Shown here: piece after piece, positions 7,312 to 15,540 of the stretch
Position numbering within the stretch: position 1 is the first letter of the stretch
Layout: every line of letters begins with the position of its first letter
Notes under the pieces: generated by a model
What the model was told of the DNA's origin: nothing
The model's input: only the letters and a program-made list of their open reading frames with translations
Database searches by the model: none
Program-made: the position numbers and the translations under genes
Virus record (IMG/VR): IMGVR_UViG_3300036805_000186
Span: 1-31,704 of that record
Reading direction: 5' to 3' (one strand)
From: a virus
Lineage: Duplodnaviria; Caudoviricetes
DNA: 31,704 nucleotides

Positions 7312-7454
7312 AGCGGATCCTCGTTGCCGCCCTCTTCCTCGGGTTTTCGCACGGGGTCGCCTACGCCCACAGCGGCGGCGACCGCGCCGTGCTGACCGTC
7401 GTCGTCGCGGCCGTGGCCGCGGTGATGTGGATGCTCTCCGTAAGCGAGGGATGA
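7308..7454 (+). CDS. Small membrane protein (48 aa, two hydrophobic segments)
   Basis: ATGA overlap with the NusG stop; GAGG RBS; MKRILVAALFLGF...AVLTVVVAAVAAVMWML. Confidence 0.55.
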   Translation: MKRILVAALFLGFSHGVAYAHSGGDRAVLTVVVAAVAAVMWMLSVSEG

Positions 7455-7457
7455 ACC

Positions 7458-7586
7458 ATGCTCCGGCGCGCTTTCGAACTCGTCCTCGGGCTCGTGTTCC
7501 TGGTCGTCGCGGTCGTCGCCTGCCTGGCGTTCGCGGCCTGCATGCCGCCGGACCCGCACGTGCGGCCGTTTCTGAGCAACGAATAA
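7458..7586 (+). CDS. Small membrane or lipoprotein-like peptide (42 aa, not in ORF track)
   Basis: MLRRAFELVLGLVFLVVAVVACLAFAACMPPDPHVRPFLSNE*; GAGGGA RBS. Confidence 0.55.
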   Translation: MLRRAFELVLGLVFLVVAVVACLAFAACMPPDPHVRPFLSNE

Positions 7587-7600
7587 GACGGGGACAGCCC

Positions 7601-7696
7601 CGGAGGCGCAGGGGGCACAGGGAACCATCGAAGACGGCGGGCTTTTCTCCTTTCTCCTCCGCCTTGCCTCTGTGCCCTCTGTGCCTCCGTGGTGAA
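7601..7696. repeat. Nonamer REP-like inverted repeat element
   Basis: GGAGGCGCAGGGGGCACAGGG ... CTCTGTGCCCTCTGTGCCTCCGTGGTG; complementary arms. Confidence 0.7.
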
Positions 7697-7708
7697 TCCC
7701 GCACCCGC

Positions 7709-8020
7709 ATGGGCCGCCCGCTGATCAAGCTCGCCGTCTGCGACGGCAACCGGTGCGGCCGCAAGATCCTCTGGACGCGGCGGCCGGGCGGCAAGCGCCT
7801 GGCGCTCAACCCGCGGGCCGACTCGTTCCTGGTGACGTTCACGGGCGACGCGGATAGGCCGACGTTCCACGCGGTGACCGCGGCCGAGCTCGTGGAACGG
7901 ATCGATTACATCCAGCTTAAAGACGGCCGCCGCGTCCCCGCCGAGGCGATCGTCGGGTTCCACCAGTCGCACTGGATGAGCTGCCCCAGCCGCGACTTTT
8001 TCCGCCGCCCGCATCAGTAG
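7709..8020 (+). CDS. Conserved phage hypothetical protein (C..CG..I.W....GK...H...CP family)
   Basis: CDGNRCGRKILWTRRPGGKRLAL...HQSHWMSCP. Confidence 0.75.
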   Translation: MGRPLIKLAVCDGNRCGRKILWTRRPGGKRLALNPRADSFLVTFTGDADRPTFHAVTAAELVERIDYIQLKDGRRVPAEAIVGFHQSHWMSCPSRDFFRRPHQ

Positions 8021-8035
8021 CGGCGGTCGTCGCGG

Positions 8036-8131
8036 CAAACTCGAAAGAGCGAAATTCGAAATCCGAACGCGGCGCCGTTTTGCCCCGCTTTCCGCGCTCC
8101 TTCGAGTTTCGTGCTTCGGATTTCGGATTTC
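8036..8131. repeat. Heptamer (AAATCCG/TTCGAAA-type) REP-like inverted repeat element, copy A
   Basis: AAACTCGAAAGAGCGAAATTCGAAATCCGAA ... TTCGAGTTTCGTGCTTCGGATTTCGGATTT; 21-bp exact inverted match to 29993-30013. Confidence 0.75.
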
Positions 8132-8138
8132 CCCCCCC

Positions 8139-8996
8139 ATGATCCTGAACGTCACCATCGATCGCGACGGCCAGATCCCCGCGCCGCAGCTCGACGCCGT
8201 CGGGAAGATCGCGGCGCTGGGGCCGGCGGTGGCGCAGGTCGCCGTGCACGGCTGGTGGAACGGCTTCGACTCCTCGGCCGACCTTTACGACCAGGTCCTC
8301 GCCGGCTGCGCGCTGCGCCGCCGCGAGCTGAGGCAGCCGGAGCCCAGCGAATTGACGGTGCTGTGCCACTGGCCCTCGATGCTGAGCGAGGACGAGCGGA
8401 GCCCGCTGAACCTTTGCGAGCCGCTGTCGTTCTGGGCGATGGAGCACCGCGCCGACCGCGTCGGCCGCGTCGGCATCTACCGGGTGATGACGCAGATCCT
8501 CGACCGCGTGCCGGGGCCGGTGCTCCTGCAGGGGATCGGCCACAGCTTCGGCTGCGAGGCGGTGATGTCGGGCTTCGCGATGCTCAGCCAGTTCCGCGCC
8601 CGCTGTGCCGGCGACCGGTGGCACGCCACGCTCCTGCAGGCGGCCTTCCCCGCCCGCAACCTGGAGCCGGGCTGGGTCTACGGCCCGCTGCGGGACCGGC
8701 TGGACGGGTGCGACCTCACGATCTCGCCGCTCGATAACGCGCTCGGCACGTTCTTCCCCCTGGCCCGCCTCGCGGAGCTGAGCAGCGGCCGCGCCGCCCT
8801 CGGTTACCTGGGGCCGACGCCGCCGGCGGTCGCCGCGTGGGAGCGAAAGCTCCGCGTCGTGAACGTCGCCGACCAGCAGCGCGGGACGAGCGGCTTCGAC
8901 GGCCCCGGCGGCCACCACTCGGACCTGCTGCACCCGGTTTTCTTCGATCTGATCAACAACCCCGGGGGAATCACCACCACAGGAGTTTTGCCATGA
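8139..8996 (+). CDS. Alpha/beta-fold hydrolase (esterase/lipase-like, DUF900-like)
   Basis: AVHGWWN oxyanion motif, GHSFG nucleophile elbow, LLQAAF, D.AL, C-terminal GHHSD. Confidence 0.85.
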   Translation: MILNVTIDRDGQIPAPQLDAVGKIAALGPAVAQVAVHGWWNGFDSSADLYDQVLAGCALRRRELRQPEPSELTVLCHWPSMLSEDERSPLNLCEPLSFWAMEHRADRVGRVGIYRVMTQILDRVPGPVLLQGIGHSFGCEAVMSGFAMLSQFRARCAGDRWHATLLQAAFPARNLEPGWVYGPLRDRLDGCDLTISPLDNALGTFFPLARLAELSSGRAALGYLGPTPPAVAAWERKLRVVNVADQQRGTSGFDGPGGHHSDLLHPVFFDLINNPGGITTTGVLP

Positions 8997-9637
8997 ATCA
9001 TGCGCTTCACCGCCGACCGGATCGGATCCTCGATTGCGTGCTGCTTGGACTGTTGCTGGCGCTGGCCCTGGTGCTGATCGCCGGCTGCACGCCCAATGGC
9101 CAGCCCGGCGCGAGCGGCCCCACGACGCAACCGACGACCCAGCCCTCGGCCGCCGACGTCGCGGCCGGCCAGCAGACGGGCGCCGGGATCGGCGGGACGA
9201 TCGGCACAATCGTTTCCATCGCCACCGGCTTCCCCGGGGCGACGCCGATCGGGGCGCTGCTCGGCGGCATGATCGGCGGGTTCGCCGCGCAGAAGCTTCC
9301 GCAGGTCACCGCGTGGTTCAAGGGCTCGACCGGCAAGCAGGTCCTCGGCGGCGTACAGCAGGTCGCCCAGGTGACCGGTGAGGTAGCGCAGTTCATCCCC
9401 GGCGGCCAGGGCAAGGCAATCCAGGAGGTGCAGGCGATCGCCGGCGCGGTGGGCAACGCGGCCGGCACGCTGGCCTCGGGCGCGTTCACCGCGTCGCTCC
9501 CCGCCGCGGCTGCCGTGCGGCCGCTGGCGCCGGTTCCCGCCGCGGCGCCGCTGCCGACCCCCCAGCCCGCGCCCGTCCCGGCGGCGAGCGTGGCGCCGGA
9601 GGACCCCGGCCGCGCGGCGGCGCCGATGGTCCGCTGA
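8993..9637 (+). CDS. Lipoprotein with glycine zipper and Pro/Ala-rich tail
   Basis: Hydrophobic signal plus LIAG-C lipobox; TTQPTTQP; GAGIGGTIG...GALLGGMIGG; AGGAG RBS. Confidence 0.75.
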   Translation: MNHALHRRPDRILDCVLLGLLLALALVLIAGCTPNGQPGASGPTTQPTTQPSAADVAAGQQTGAGIGGTIGTIVSIATGFPGATPIGALLGGMIGGFAAQKLPQVTAWFKGSTGKQVLGGVQQVAQVTGEVAQFIPGGQGKAIQEVQAIAGAVGNAAGTLASGAFTASLPAAAAVRPLAPVPAAAPLPTPQPAPVPAASVAPEDPGRAAAPMVR

Positions 9638-9721
9638 TCTTGTTTTGGTTGCGGTCGACCGCGCACGCCCGGGTCACGGAGGACCCGCGCGGCGCGGATT
9701 TGAGAACGGGGAGAACGTGCC

Positions 9722-10033
9722 GTGGTCGACGATTGGCCCAAGCTGCTCAGTGCCGGCGGGACGTGCGGGATCCTCGCGCTGCTCGTCTGGTACCTGCTGA
9801 CGCGCTTCATCCCGCAGATGCAGGACGCGAGCAAGCAGACGCTGGACAAGGTCCTCACCGAGAGCAAGGGGTCGCTGGACAAGGTCCTCGACGACAGCGC
9901 CGCCGCCCGCAAGCAGTTTGGGGAGGAATTGGACCGCGAGCGGCAAAGCCATCGCGACCAGCTCGCCAGCCTGCACCAGCAGTTCCACGAGCGCGACAAG
10001 CTGCTGATCGAGCAGCTCCAGCGGGGCAAATGA
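9722..10033 (+). CDS. Holin-like single-TM membrane protein with C-terminal coiled coil
   Basis: GGTCGILALLVWYLLTRFIP TM segment followed by a charged helix; lysis-region position. Confidence 0.6.
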   Translation: MVDDWPKLLSAGGTCGILALLVWYLLTRFIPQMQDASKQTLDKVLTESKGSLDKVLDDSAAARKQFGEELDRERQSHRDQLASLHQQFHERDKLLIEQLQRGK

Positions 10034-10272
10034 TGATCACCGCCCTCCCGGAAATCTCAGCCGCGGCCGACGCGGCCCTCGCCCTGGCGGAGGTCGAGAA
10101 GCGGCAGTTGCGCGAGGCGCTGTCGCGCGAGCAACGCAATCACGCGCTGACGCGCGGGACGCTGGCCCGGACCGTCGCGCACGCCCAGATGCTCGAGGCG
10201 CAATTGGACGAGGCGGTCCGGCAGAACTTCGAGCTCCGCCGCCACCTTCCCCACGTCGGAGGCAAGCCGTGA
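10030..10272 (+). CDS. Small coiled-coil protein
   Basis: ATGA overlap; heptad-rich LALAEVEKRQLREAL...LEAQLDEAVRQNFEL. Confidence 0.6.
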   Translation: MMITALPEISAAADAALALAEVEKRQLREALSREQRNHALTRGTLARTVAHAQMLEAQLDEAVRQNFELRRHLPHVGGKP

Positions 10273-11831
10273 GCGCCATCCCCGCCGCCAACGACCCCGT
10301 CGCCCAGATCGCCGTCCTCGCGCCGCAGGCCCAGGCGGAGCTGGCGGGCTGCCGGTCGCAGATTGCAACGCTGCAGGCGGCCAGGCGCCGCAAGCTGGGC
10401 GTCAACCTCGAGGCGATCAGCTACTGGTCCCGCGGGCTGGTCTTCGCGGACGCGATGCTGCAGGCCCAGAACTTCTGGCAGGGCGCGGACCCGGCCGGCA
10501 ACCCGACCGTCGACCAGGGCGTGCTGGTCTTCTCGAGCTGCACGCCCTCGATGGCCGGAAGCTATTCGCTGGTCGCCAACGGGCAGCCGACCCTGCAGCT
10601 CCAGGCCAGCTTCGGCGCGATCAGCGGCCAGACGTACGATGCGAGCACCGACACGACGACGGCGACGATCGCCGTCACGGCCGAGCAGCTCGCGGCGGAT
10701 CCGCAGCTCCAAATCCGGATCGGGAACGTCGGCCCGGGCCGCGTGCGGAACGCGCAGCTCTGGCGGCCGGGCGTGGCGCCCGGGTCGTGCCGGTTCTACG
10801 CGCCGTTCGTGGCGCTGCTCGCGCCGTTCGACGTCGTCCGCTTCATGCCGGCGCTGGCGATCAACGGCTCGCAGCAGCAGAAATGGTCCGACCGGGCGCT
10901 GCCGACCGACCGCAATTTCACCCTCAAGGGGATGAGCTACGAGGACTGCCTCGACCTGGCCAAGCTGGCGGGCAAGACGCCCTGGCTCAACGTGCCGGCG
11001 ATGGCCGACGCGGACTACCTGGCCGAGCTGATCGCGCTCATCCAACGCAACACGACCGGCCCCGTGTTCCTCGAGTGGTCCAACGAGCTGTGGAACTGGG
11101 CGATGCCCGAGTGGCAGTTCGTGCTGCAGGCCAGCAAGCAGGACCCGCGGCTGGCGTTCGACGGGCAGACCGACCCGAACGTGCTGGCGTGGCGGTGGAT
11201 GGCCCAGAAGGCCGTGGACATCGCCCAGGCAGCCTGCGCCGCGTACGGGGTCAGTGACGTCCGCAAGTGCCCGATCCGTCCCGTCTTCTGCGGGCAGTGG
11301 GGCAATCCGCAGGTGCTGCAGACGGGCGTGAACTACATCAAGGCCCGCTACGGCTCGTGCCGCAAGCTGATCCACTCGCTGGGGATCGCGCCCTACGGGA
11401 CGCTGAGCCCCGCGCTGCTGAACCGCATCAACAGCGGGGACGCCACCGTCACCGAGCAGGCGATCGTGGCGGATTGGCTGGCCAACGGGATCGAAAACGC
11501 CTCGCTGGCCAACGCCGGCACCGCCGCGTTCGTCCAGCTCGCCGACGCCGAGGACCTGGGCAAGTGGGCGTACGAGTTCGGCGCCGACTGGGGCCAGGGG
11601 CAGGGGGACCTGCAGCAGAAGATCGCCGCCGCGCATGACCCGGCGATCGCCGCCGCCGTGACCGCCTACGTCGGTGACTGGTGGGCCGCCGGGGCCGACG
11701 GCGCGAACTGGTTCGCGCTCACCTGCGCCGACACGGCCTCGGGCGAATGGGGCCTGACCGACGACACGCTCAACGCCAACACGCCCAAGATGCAGGCCGC
11801 CGCGGCGGCCGCGATGGGACTCCTGAGCTGA
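10269..11831 (+). CDS. Putative clan GH-A (TIM-barrel) glycoside hydrolase with short N-terminal coiled coil
   Basis: LGVNL..ISYWS...FADAM, VRFM, PWLNVP, EWSNELWN (candidate acid/base NE), AYEFG (candidate nucleophile); GGAGG RBS. Confidence 0.7.
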   Translation: MSAIPAANDPVAQIAVLAPQAQAELAGCRSQIATLQAARRRKLGVNLEAISYWSRGLVFADAMLQAQNFWQGADPAGNPTVDQGVLVFSSCTPSMAGSYSLVANGQPTLQLQASFGAISGQTYDASTDTTTATIAVTAEQLAADPQLQIRIGNVGPGRVRNAQLWRPGVAPGSCRFYAPFVALLAPFDVVRFMPALAINGSQQQKWSDRALPTDRNFTLKGMSYEDCLDLAKLAGKTPWLNVPAMADADYLAELIALIQRNTTGPVFLEWSNELWNWAMPEWQFVLQASKQDPRLAFDGQTDPNVLAWRWMAQKAVDIAQAACAAYGVSDVRKCPIRPVFCGQWGNPQVLQTGVNYIKARYGSCRKLIHSLGIAPYGTLSPALLNRINSGDATVTEQAIVADWLANGIENASLANAGTAAFVQLADAEDLGKWAYEFGADWGQGQGDLQQKIAAAHDPAIAAAVTAYVGDWWAAGADGANWFALTCADTASGEWGLTDDTLNANTPKMQAAAAAAMGLLS

Positions 11832-11849
11832 TCTCTGCTTCGCTGAATT

Positions 11850-14630
11850 ATGCCCGCCGACCCCCTCTCCATCGCACCTGGCCTCCAGCTCGACTGGAAC
11901 GCCCAGCTCGTGGCAGCCGCCCAGGGCGGCGCGCCGGGCACCGCTGTCGACTCGGGGCCCAACGGGCTGGCGGGCTCCGTGATCGGCGCGCCCGTCATGC
12001 TCAACTCCGCAATGGGGCTGGGCACGCATGGCGTGGAAATGCCGGCCGCCGCGGGCAACACCGCGCCCAACCGGATCGAGTTCGCCAACGCCGCGGGCGT
12101 CGCGCTTGCCGGCGACTGCACGCTCTACGCCGTCGTCGACGTCAACGGCTGGGGAACGGACGGCCTGGACAAGTCGATCGTCTCCAAGGACGCCAACGCC
12201 GGCAGCCCCGGGGCGATCCTCTGGCACGTTGACGCCAGCGGCAAGCTGCAGCTCGATCGACCCTACATCCAGGGCGGCAACAGCTCGCAGGCCTCGCCCA
12301 TCGGCAACGGGATCCACGTGCTGTGCGTGACCGTCGCGGGCAGCGCTGTCACGCACTACGTCGACAACGTGCAGGTCGGCACCGACGCGCAGGCGCCGGG
12401 GACTGCCACCACACAGCCGCTGCGGATCGGGGCGTTCTCGAACGGGACGTTGATCCACCCGTCGGGCACCTCGCCAATCGCCCGCGTGGCCGTCTTCAAT
12501 CAGGCCCACGGCTCGACCGACCGGACGAACATTTACAACCTGCTGCGGTCGGCCAACGTCTTCTCGGGCACGGTGACGACGGCGAACGTAACGCCCGATG
12601 CGCTCACCTGGTCGGTGGCGGCGGGGCCGACGCGGGGAATCAACCAGTTCGACACGACGCGCTTTCCGATCCGCCCCGACGACGCGTTCGCGACCGACAC
12701 GACCGCCAGCTATTGGCCGATGGTGCTCGGCGGATCAACGACCGTGTCGATCGGCGGCGGCCAGGCCGTGTTCAGCGGCGCGGCGGCCGGCGAGCTGGCC
12801 CTCCGCGCCTCGGCGGCATCGGGCGGGGCAGTGCTGGCGCCGTATTGCTGGGCAGAGATGACCGTGTCCGGCACGACCGGGGGCTCGCAGCCGTTCGTCG
12901 GGTTCGGGATCGACGCCAACAATTACGCCTGGGCCTACTTCGACGGGACGCACGTCGGCGTGGACTCGCGAGTGGCCGGCTCGGACGCGGCCAACAGCGC
13001 CACGGTCGCGCCGGTGGCGCCGTACATCGTCCGGCTCGTCCTCTGCTATCCCGAGGTCTGGGCGTGGCTGCAGGATGCGAACGGCAACCGCCCGATCGCG
13101 TTTACGACGCTGGCGGGGACGCCCGATCTACGGAAGCTCAACGAGTTCGCAGCCGCATGGCAGCCGCTCTTTGGCTTCAACCGCACCGCCGGCGGCGGGA
13201 CGGGCACCTGCACGCAGTTCCGGGCCGGTTACACCGGCGCGATCGGCTTGCGTGACTTCAAGCTCGTGGTGAACGTGGATGGGACGCCGTACGTCGACGC
13301 CGCCCGGCCGACGCTCCGCTTTTTCCTCTCGACCTGTGCCACGGGGAACGATTTCAAGACCAACCACGCTTCGATCATCTCGATCGACACGGCCAACGCG
13401 TTCGCGACGGCGGTCGAGTGCCTGCTGTTCTACGACGTCTCCGCCGCCAGCCCGACCAGCGCGACCGCGACGCGGGATACGCGAACGAGCCTGTACGGCG
13501 GGTGCGTGATCCGCGACGCCGCGGCCGGGCTGTGGCGCATCTACACCAACGGCTGGGGCTTGGGGAACGTGTCGACGGGTGTGCAGCTCTGGTACGCCCA
13601 GACGGCTCAGGACATCACCGGGGCCGCCGGCAACGCGGCCCAGCGGGTGATCGTGCTGGACGCGTGGCAGCGGGTGGTCAAGGACCTCTCGGGCAACGTG
13701 ATCGCCAACGGGCTGTACGACAACGACCTCCGGTTCGACGAAACGCTCGGGCTCTGGGTCGAGGTCTGCGCGGAGGCCAACGCGCCCAGCAACTGGACCA
13801 ACTACGCCGCGGACCTGTTGCGCGGCCCTGACCCGACCGCGATGGTGCGCGTCGCCCAGGACGCGGCCGTGCAGGCGGAGGGGCTCAATTGGGGCAGGAT
13901 CGGCGGCAAGTGGTACGCGACGAGCGGCGGGACCGGCGGCCCGTGGTACTGGGACACCAGCCTCAATCGGCAGGGGACGCTGGCGTACAACCTGAACCTC
14001 GCCGGCGCCAACATGAGCTTCTCGGGCTTCGGCTCGCATTTTCCGATCCTGCCGATCGACGCCGCCGGCGGCAAAGCCGAATATCTGGCGATCGGCTTCG
14101 ACGACAGCACCGTCGGCGGCGGCAACGCCACCAAGGGCGCGATCGTCATCCTGAGTTCGGCGCCACAGCCGACGGGCAGCGAGTTCGGGGCGCCGGAGAC
14201 GGAGACGATCGCCGCGGCGGCGCAGACGCCGGTGTCGCTGTCGCTGGTCGACGGCGTGATGGTCGGCAACCTGACGATCGTGCGGGAGGACGTCTACGGG
14301 GATGCGGACGGGCGGGCGTTCCTGTTCACCGCGGCGACCGGCGCGAACTGGCCCGCGAACCTGAGCGGCTGGACGATCACGCTCACGGCGACGAAGACCG
14401 CCTTCAACGTCAACGCGGGGACGACCACGGCGACGGCGGCGGGCGTCGTAGTCACGGCGAGCGGGGCGGGGCAGGCGTTCTACGTGGCGCTGCCATCGAG
14501 CTTCACCACGGGGCTGGCGCTGGGGACGCTGCAGAGGGGCTACGCGTTCGATTGCGTGGCGACGAACGGCAGCGACCGCGTGACGCTCGCACGCGGACTC
14601 ATGAGCGTGCTGGCGAACGTGATGGCCTGA
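11850..14630 (+). CDS. Large beta-rich protein with N-terminal LamG/concanavalin-A-like domain (putative receptor-binding or carbohydrate-active virion protein)
   Basis: GLQLDWNA...TLYAVV...HVLCVT...THYVDNVQVG...LRIGA...IARVAVFNQA pattern; Gly/Thr/Ala/Trp-rich; C-terminal NLSGWTITLT...YAFDC..T...TLARG (BppU-like). Confidence 0.7.
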   Translation: MPADPLSIAPGLQLDWNAQLVAAAQGGAPGTAVDSGPNGLAGSVIGAPVMLNSAMGLGTHGVEMPAAAGNTAPNRIEFANAAGVALAGDCTLYAVVDVNGWGTDGLDKSIVSKDANAGSPGAILWHVDASGKLQLDRPYIQGGNSSQASPIGNGIHVLCVTVAGSAVTHYVDNVQVGTDAQAPGTATTQPLRIGAFSNGTLIHPSGTSPIARVAVFNQAHGSTDRTNIYNLLRSANVFSGTVTTANVTPDALTWSVAAGPTRGINQFDTTRFPIRPDDAFATDTTASYWPMVLGGSTTVSIGGGQAVFSGAAAGELALRASAASGGAVLAPYCWAEMTVSGTTGGSQPFVGFGIDANNYAWAYFDGTHVGVDSRVAGSDAANSATVAPVAPYIVRLVLCYPEVWAWLQDANGNRPIAFTTLAGTPDLRKLNEFAAAWQPLFGFNRTAGGGTGTCTQFRAGYTGAIGLRDFKLVVNVDGTPYVDAARPTLRFFLSTCATGNDFKTNHASIISIDTANAFATAVECLLFYDVSAASPTSATATRDTRTSLYGGCVIRDAAAGLWRIYTNGWGLGNVSTGVQLWYAQTAQDITGAAGNAAQRVIVLDAWQRVVKDLSGNVIANGLYDNDLRFDETLGLWVEVCAEANAPSNWTNYAADLLRGPDPTAMVRVAQDAAVQAEGLNWGRIGGKWYATSGGTGGPWYWDTSLNRQGTLAYNLNLAGANMSFSGFGSHFPILPIDAAGGKAEYLAIGFDDSTVGGGNATKGAIVILSSAPQPTGSEFGAPETETIAAAAQTPVSLSLVDGVMVGNLTIVREDVYGDADGRAFLFTAATGANWPANLSGWTITLTATKTAFNVNAGTTTATAAGVVVTASGAGQAFYVALPSSFTTGLALGTLQRGYAFDCVATNGSDRVTLARGLMSVLANVMA

Positions 14631-14668
14631 GCGGCCGCGGCTGCCAGCGCGGCGGGTCAAAACGTCGC

Positions 14669-14711
14669 GGGTCCTCCTGGGGGGGTGCCCACCCGTGCGG
14701 GTCGGCGGCGG
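14669..14711 (+). other. Lambda-like cos site (cosQ plus cosN candidate)
   Basis: GGGTCCT (lambda cosQ) at 14669-14675, then 24 nt, then GGTCGGCGGCGG (preceded by TGCG) versus lambda TACG^GGGCGGCGACCT; directly upstream of TerS. Confidence 0.65.
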
Positions 14712-14733
14712 CCAGGATCCCAGAGATTTTCGC

Positions 14734-15540
14734 GTGCAAAAAACAAGCGCAACGCGCGCAACGCGCAACAAACCGGCGCAACGCGATCGGGCAGCCAAGG
14801 CCCCCGCGAAGCCGAAGACCGCCGGGCCGAACGCCATCGGATCGCTCGCGGAGCTTGCCGCCCTGGTCGAGCGCGACAAGGGCACGGTGAGCCGCTGGCT
14901 GCAGCGTCCCGATTGGCCGTTCGCCAAGCGCCCGCCGTTCGAGCGGACGCTTGTGCCCAAGATCCTCCGGTGGGTCGCCGAGTTCCTCGCCCCCGCGCGA
15001 GACCCGGACTTGCCCGCAAAGCCCGGACAGCAGCCGGCCGCCGGCGGGCGCGACGCGGCCCGCGCCCGCCACCTGCAGCTCCGCGAGCAGAAGCTCCAGG
15101 AGGAAGTGAGGCGCGTCACGGCGCAGGCCGCGACGCTCGAAACCGCCCTGGCCCGCGAGCGGGGGGAGCTGGTCGAGGCGGCGGAGGTCGAGCGCGAGTG
15201 GGCCGGGATCGGCGCGACGGTCCGCAACGCCTTCCAGGCGCTGCCCAGCCAGCTCGTGCCCCTGGCCCTGGCCCACGGCATGCCGCACGCGGCGGCACCG
15301 CTCTTCCAGGAGCAGGCGGCGGCCGCGATCGCCGCGATCCTTCGACGACTCAGCACCGATGAAGCCGAGGGCAGGGGAGCAGACGACGACGACGCCGGCG
15401 ACGACGGCCAAGACGCCGCCGCTCGCGCCGACGTCGACGACGACCCGGGCGAGGGCGAAGCTCTTCCAGGCGCTCAGCCCCCGGGAACGATGGACGCCCA
15501 GCCAATGGGCGGAGCACTGCCGGATCCTCAGCCCGGATGA
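14734..15540 (+). CDS. terS: Terminase small subunit (Nu1-like)
   Basis: HTH SLAELAALVERDKGTVSRWLQRPDWP; coiled coil; RGELVEAAEVEREW motif; precedes TerL; start uncertain (GTG 14734 or 14695). Confidence 0.8.
   Translation: MQKTSATRATRNKPAQRDRAAKAPAKPKTAGPNAIGSLAELAALVERDKGTVSRWLQRPDWPFAKRPPFERTLVPKILRWVAEFLAPARDPDLPAKPGQQPAAGGRDAARARHLQLREQKLQEEVRRVTAQAATLETALARERGELVEAAEVEREWAGIGATVRNAFQALPSQLVPLALAHGMPHAAAPLFQEQAAAAIAAILRRLSTDEAEGRGADDDDAGDDGQDAAARADVDDDPGEGEALPGAQPPGTMDAQPMGGALPDPQPG
14747..14782 (+). repeat. Four GCGCAAC direct repeats (cosB R-site-like candidate)
   Basis: GCGCAAC at 14747, 14756, 14763 and 14776, just right of the cosN candidate. Confidence 0.4.

Noticed and set aside
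10140-12509. 789-aa - strand ORF
   Set aside because: Antisense shadow of the GH and LamG genes; Arg/Gly/Val-rich with no motifs, as expected at this GC content
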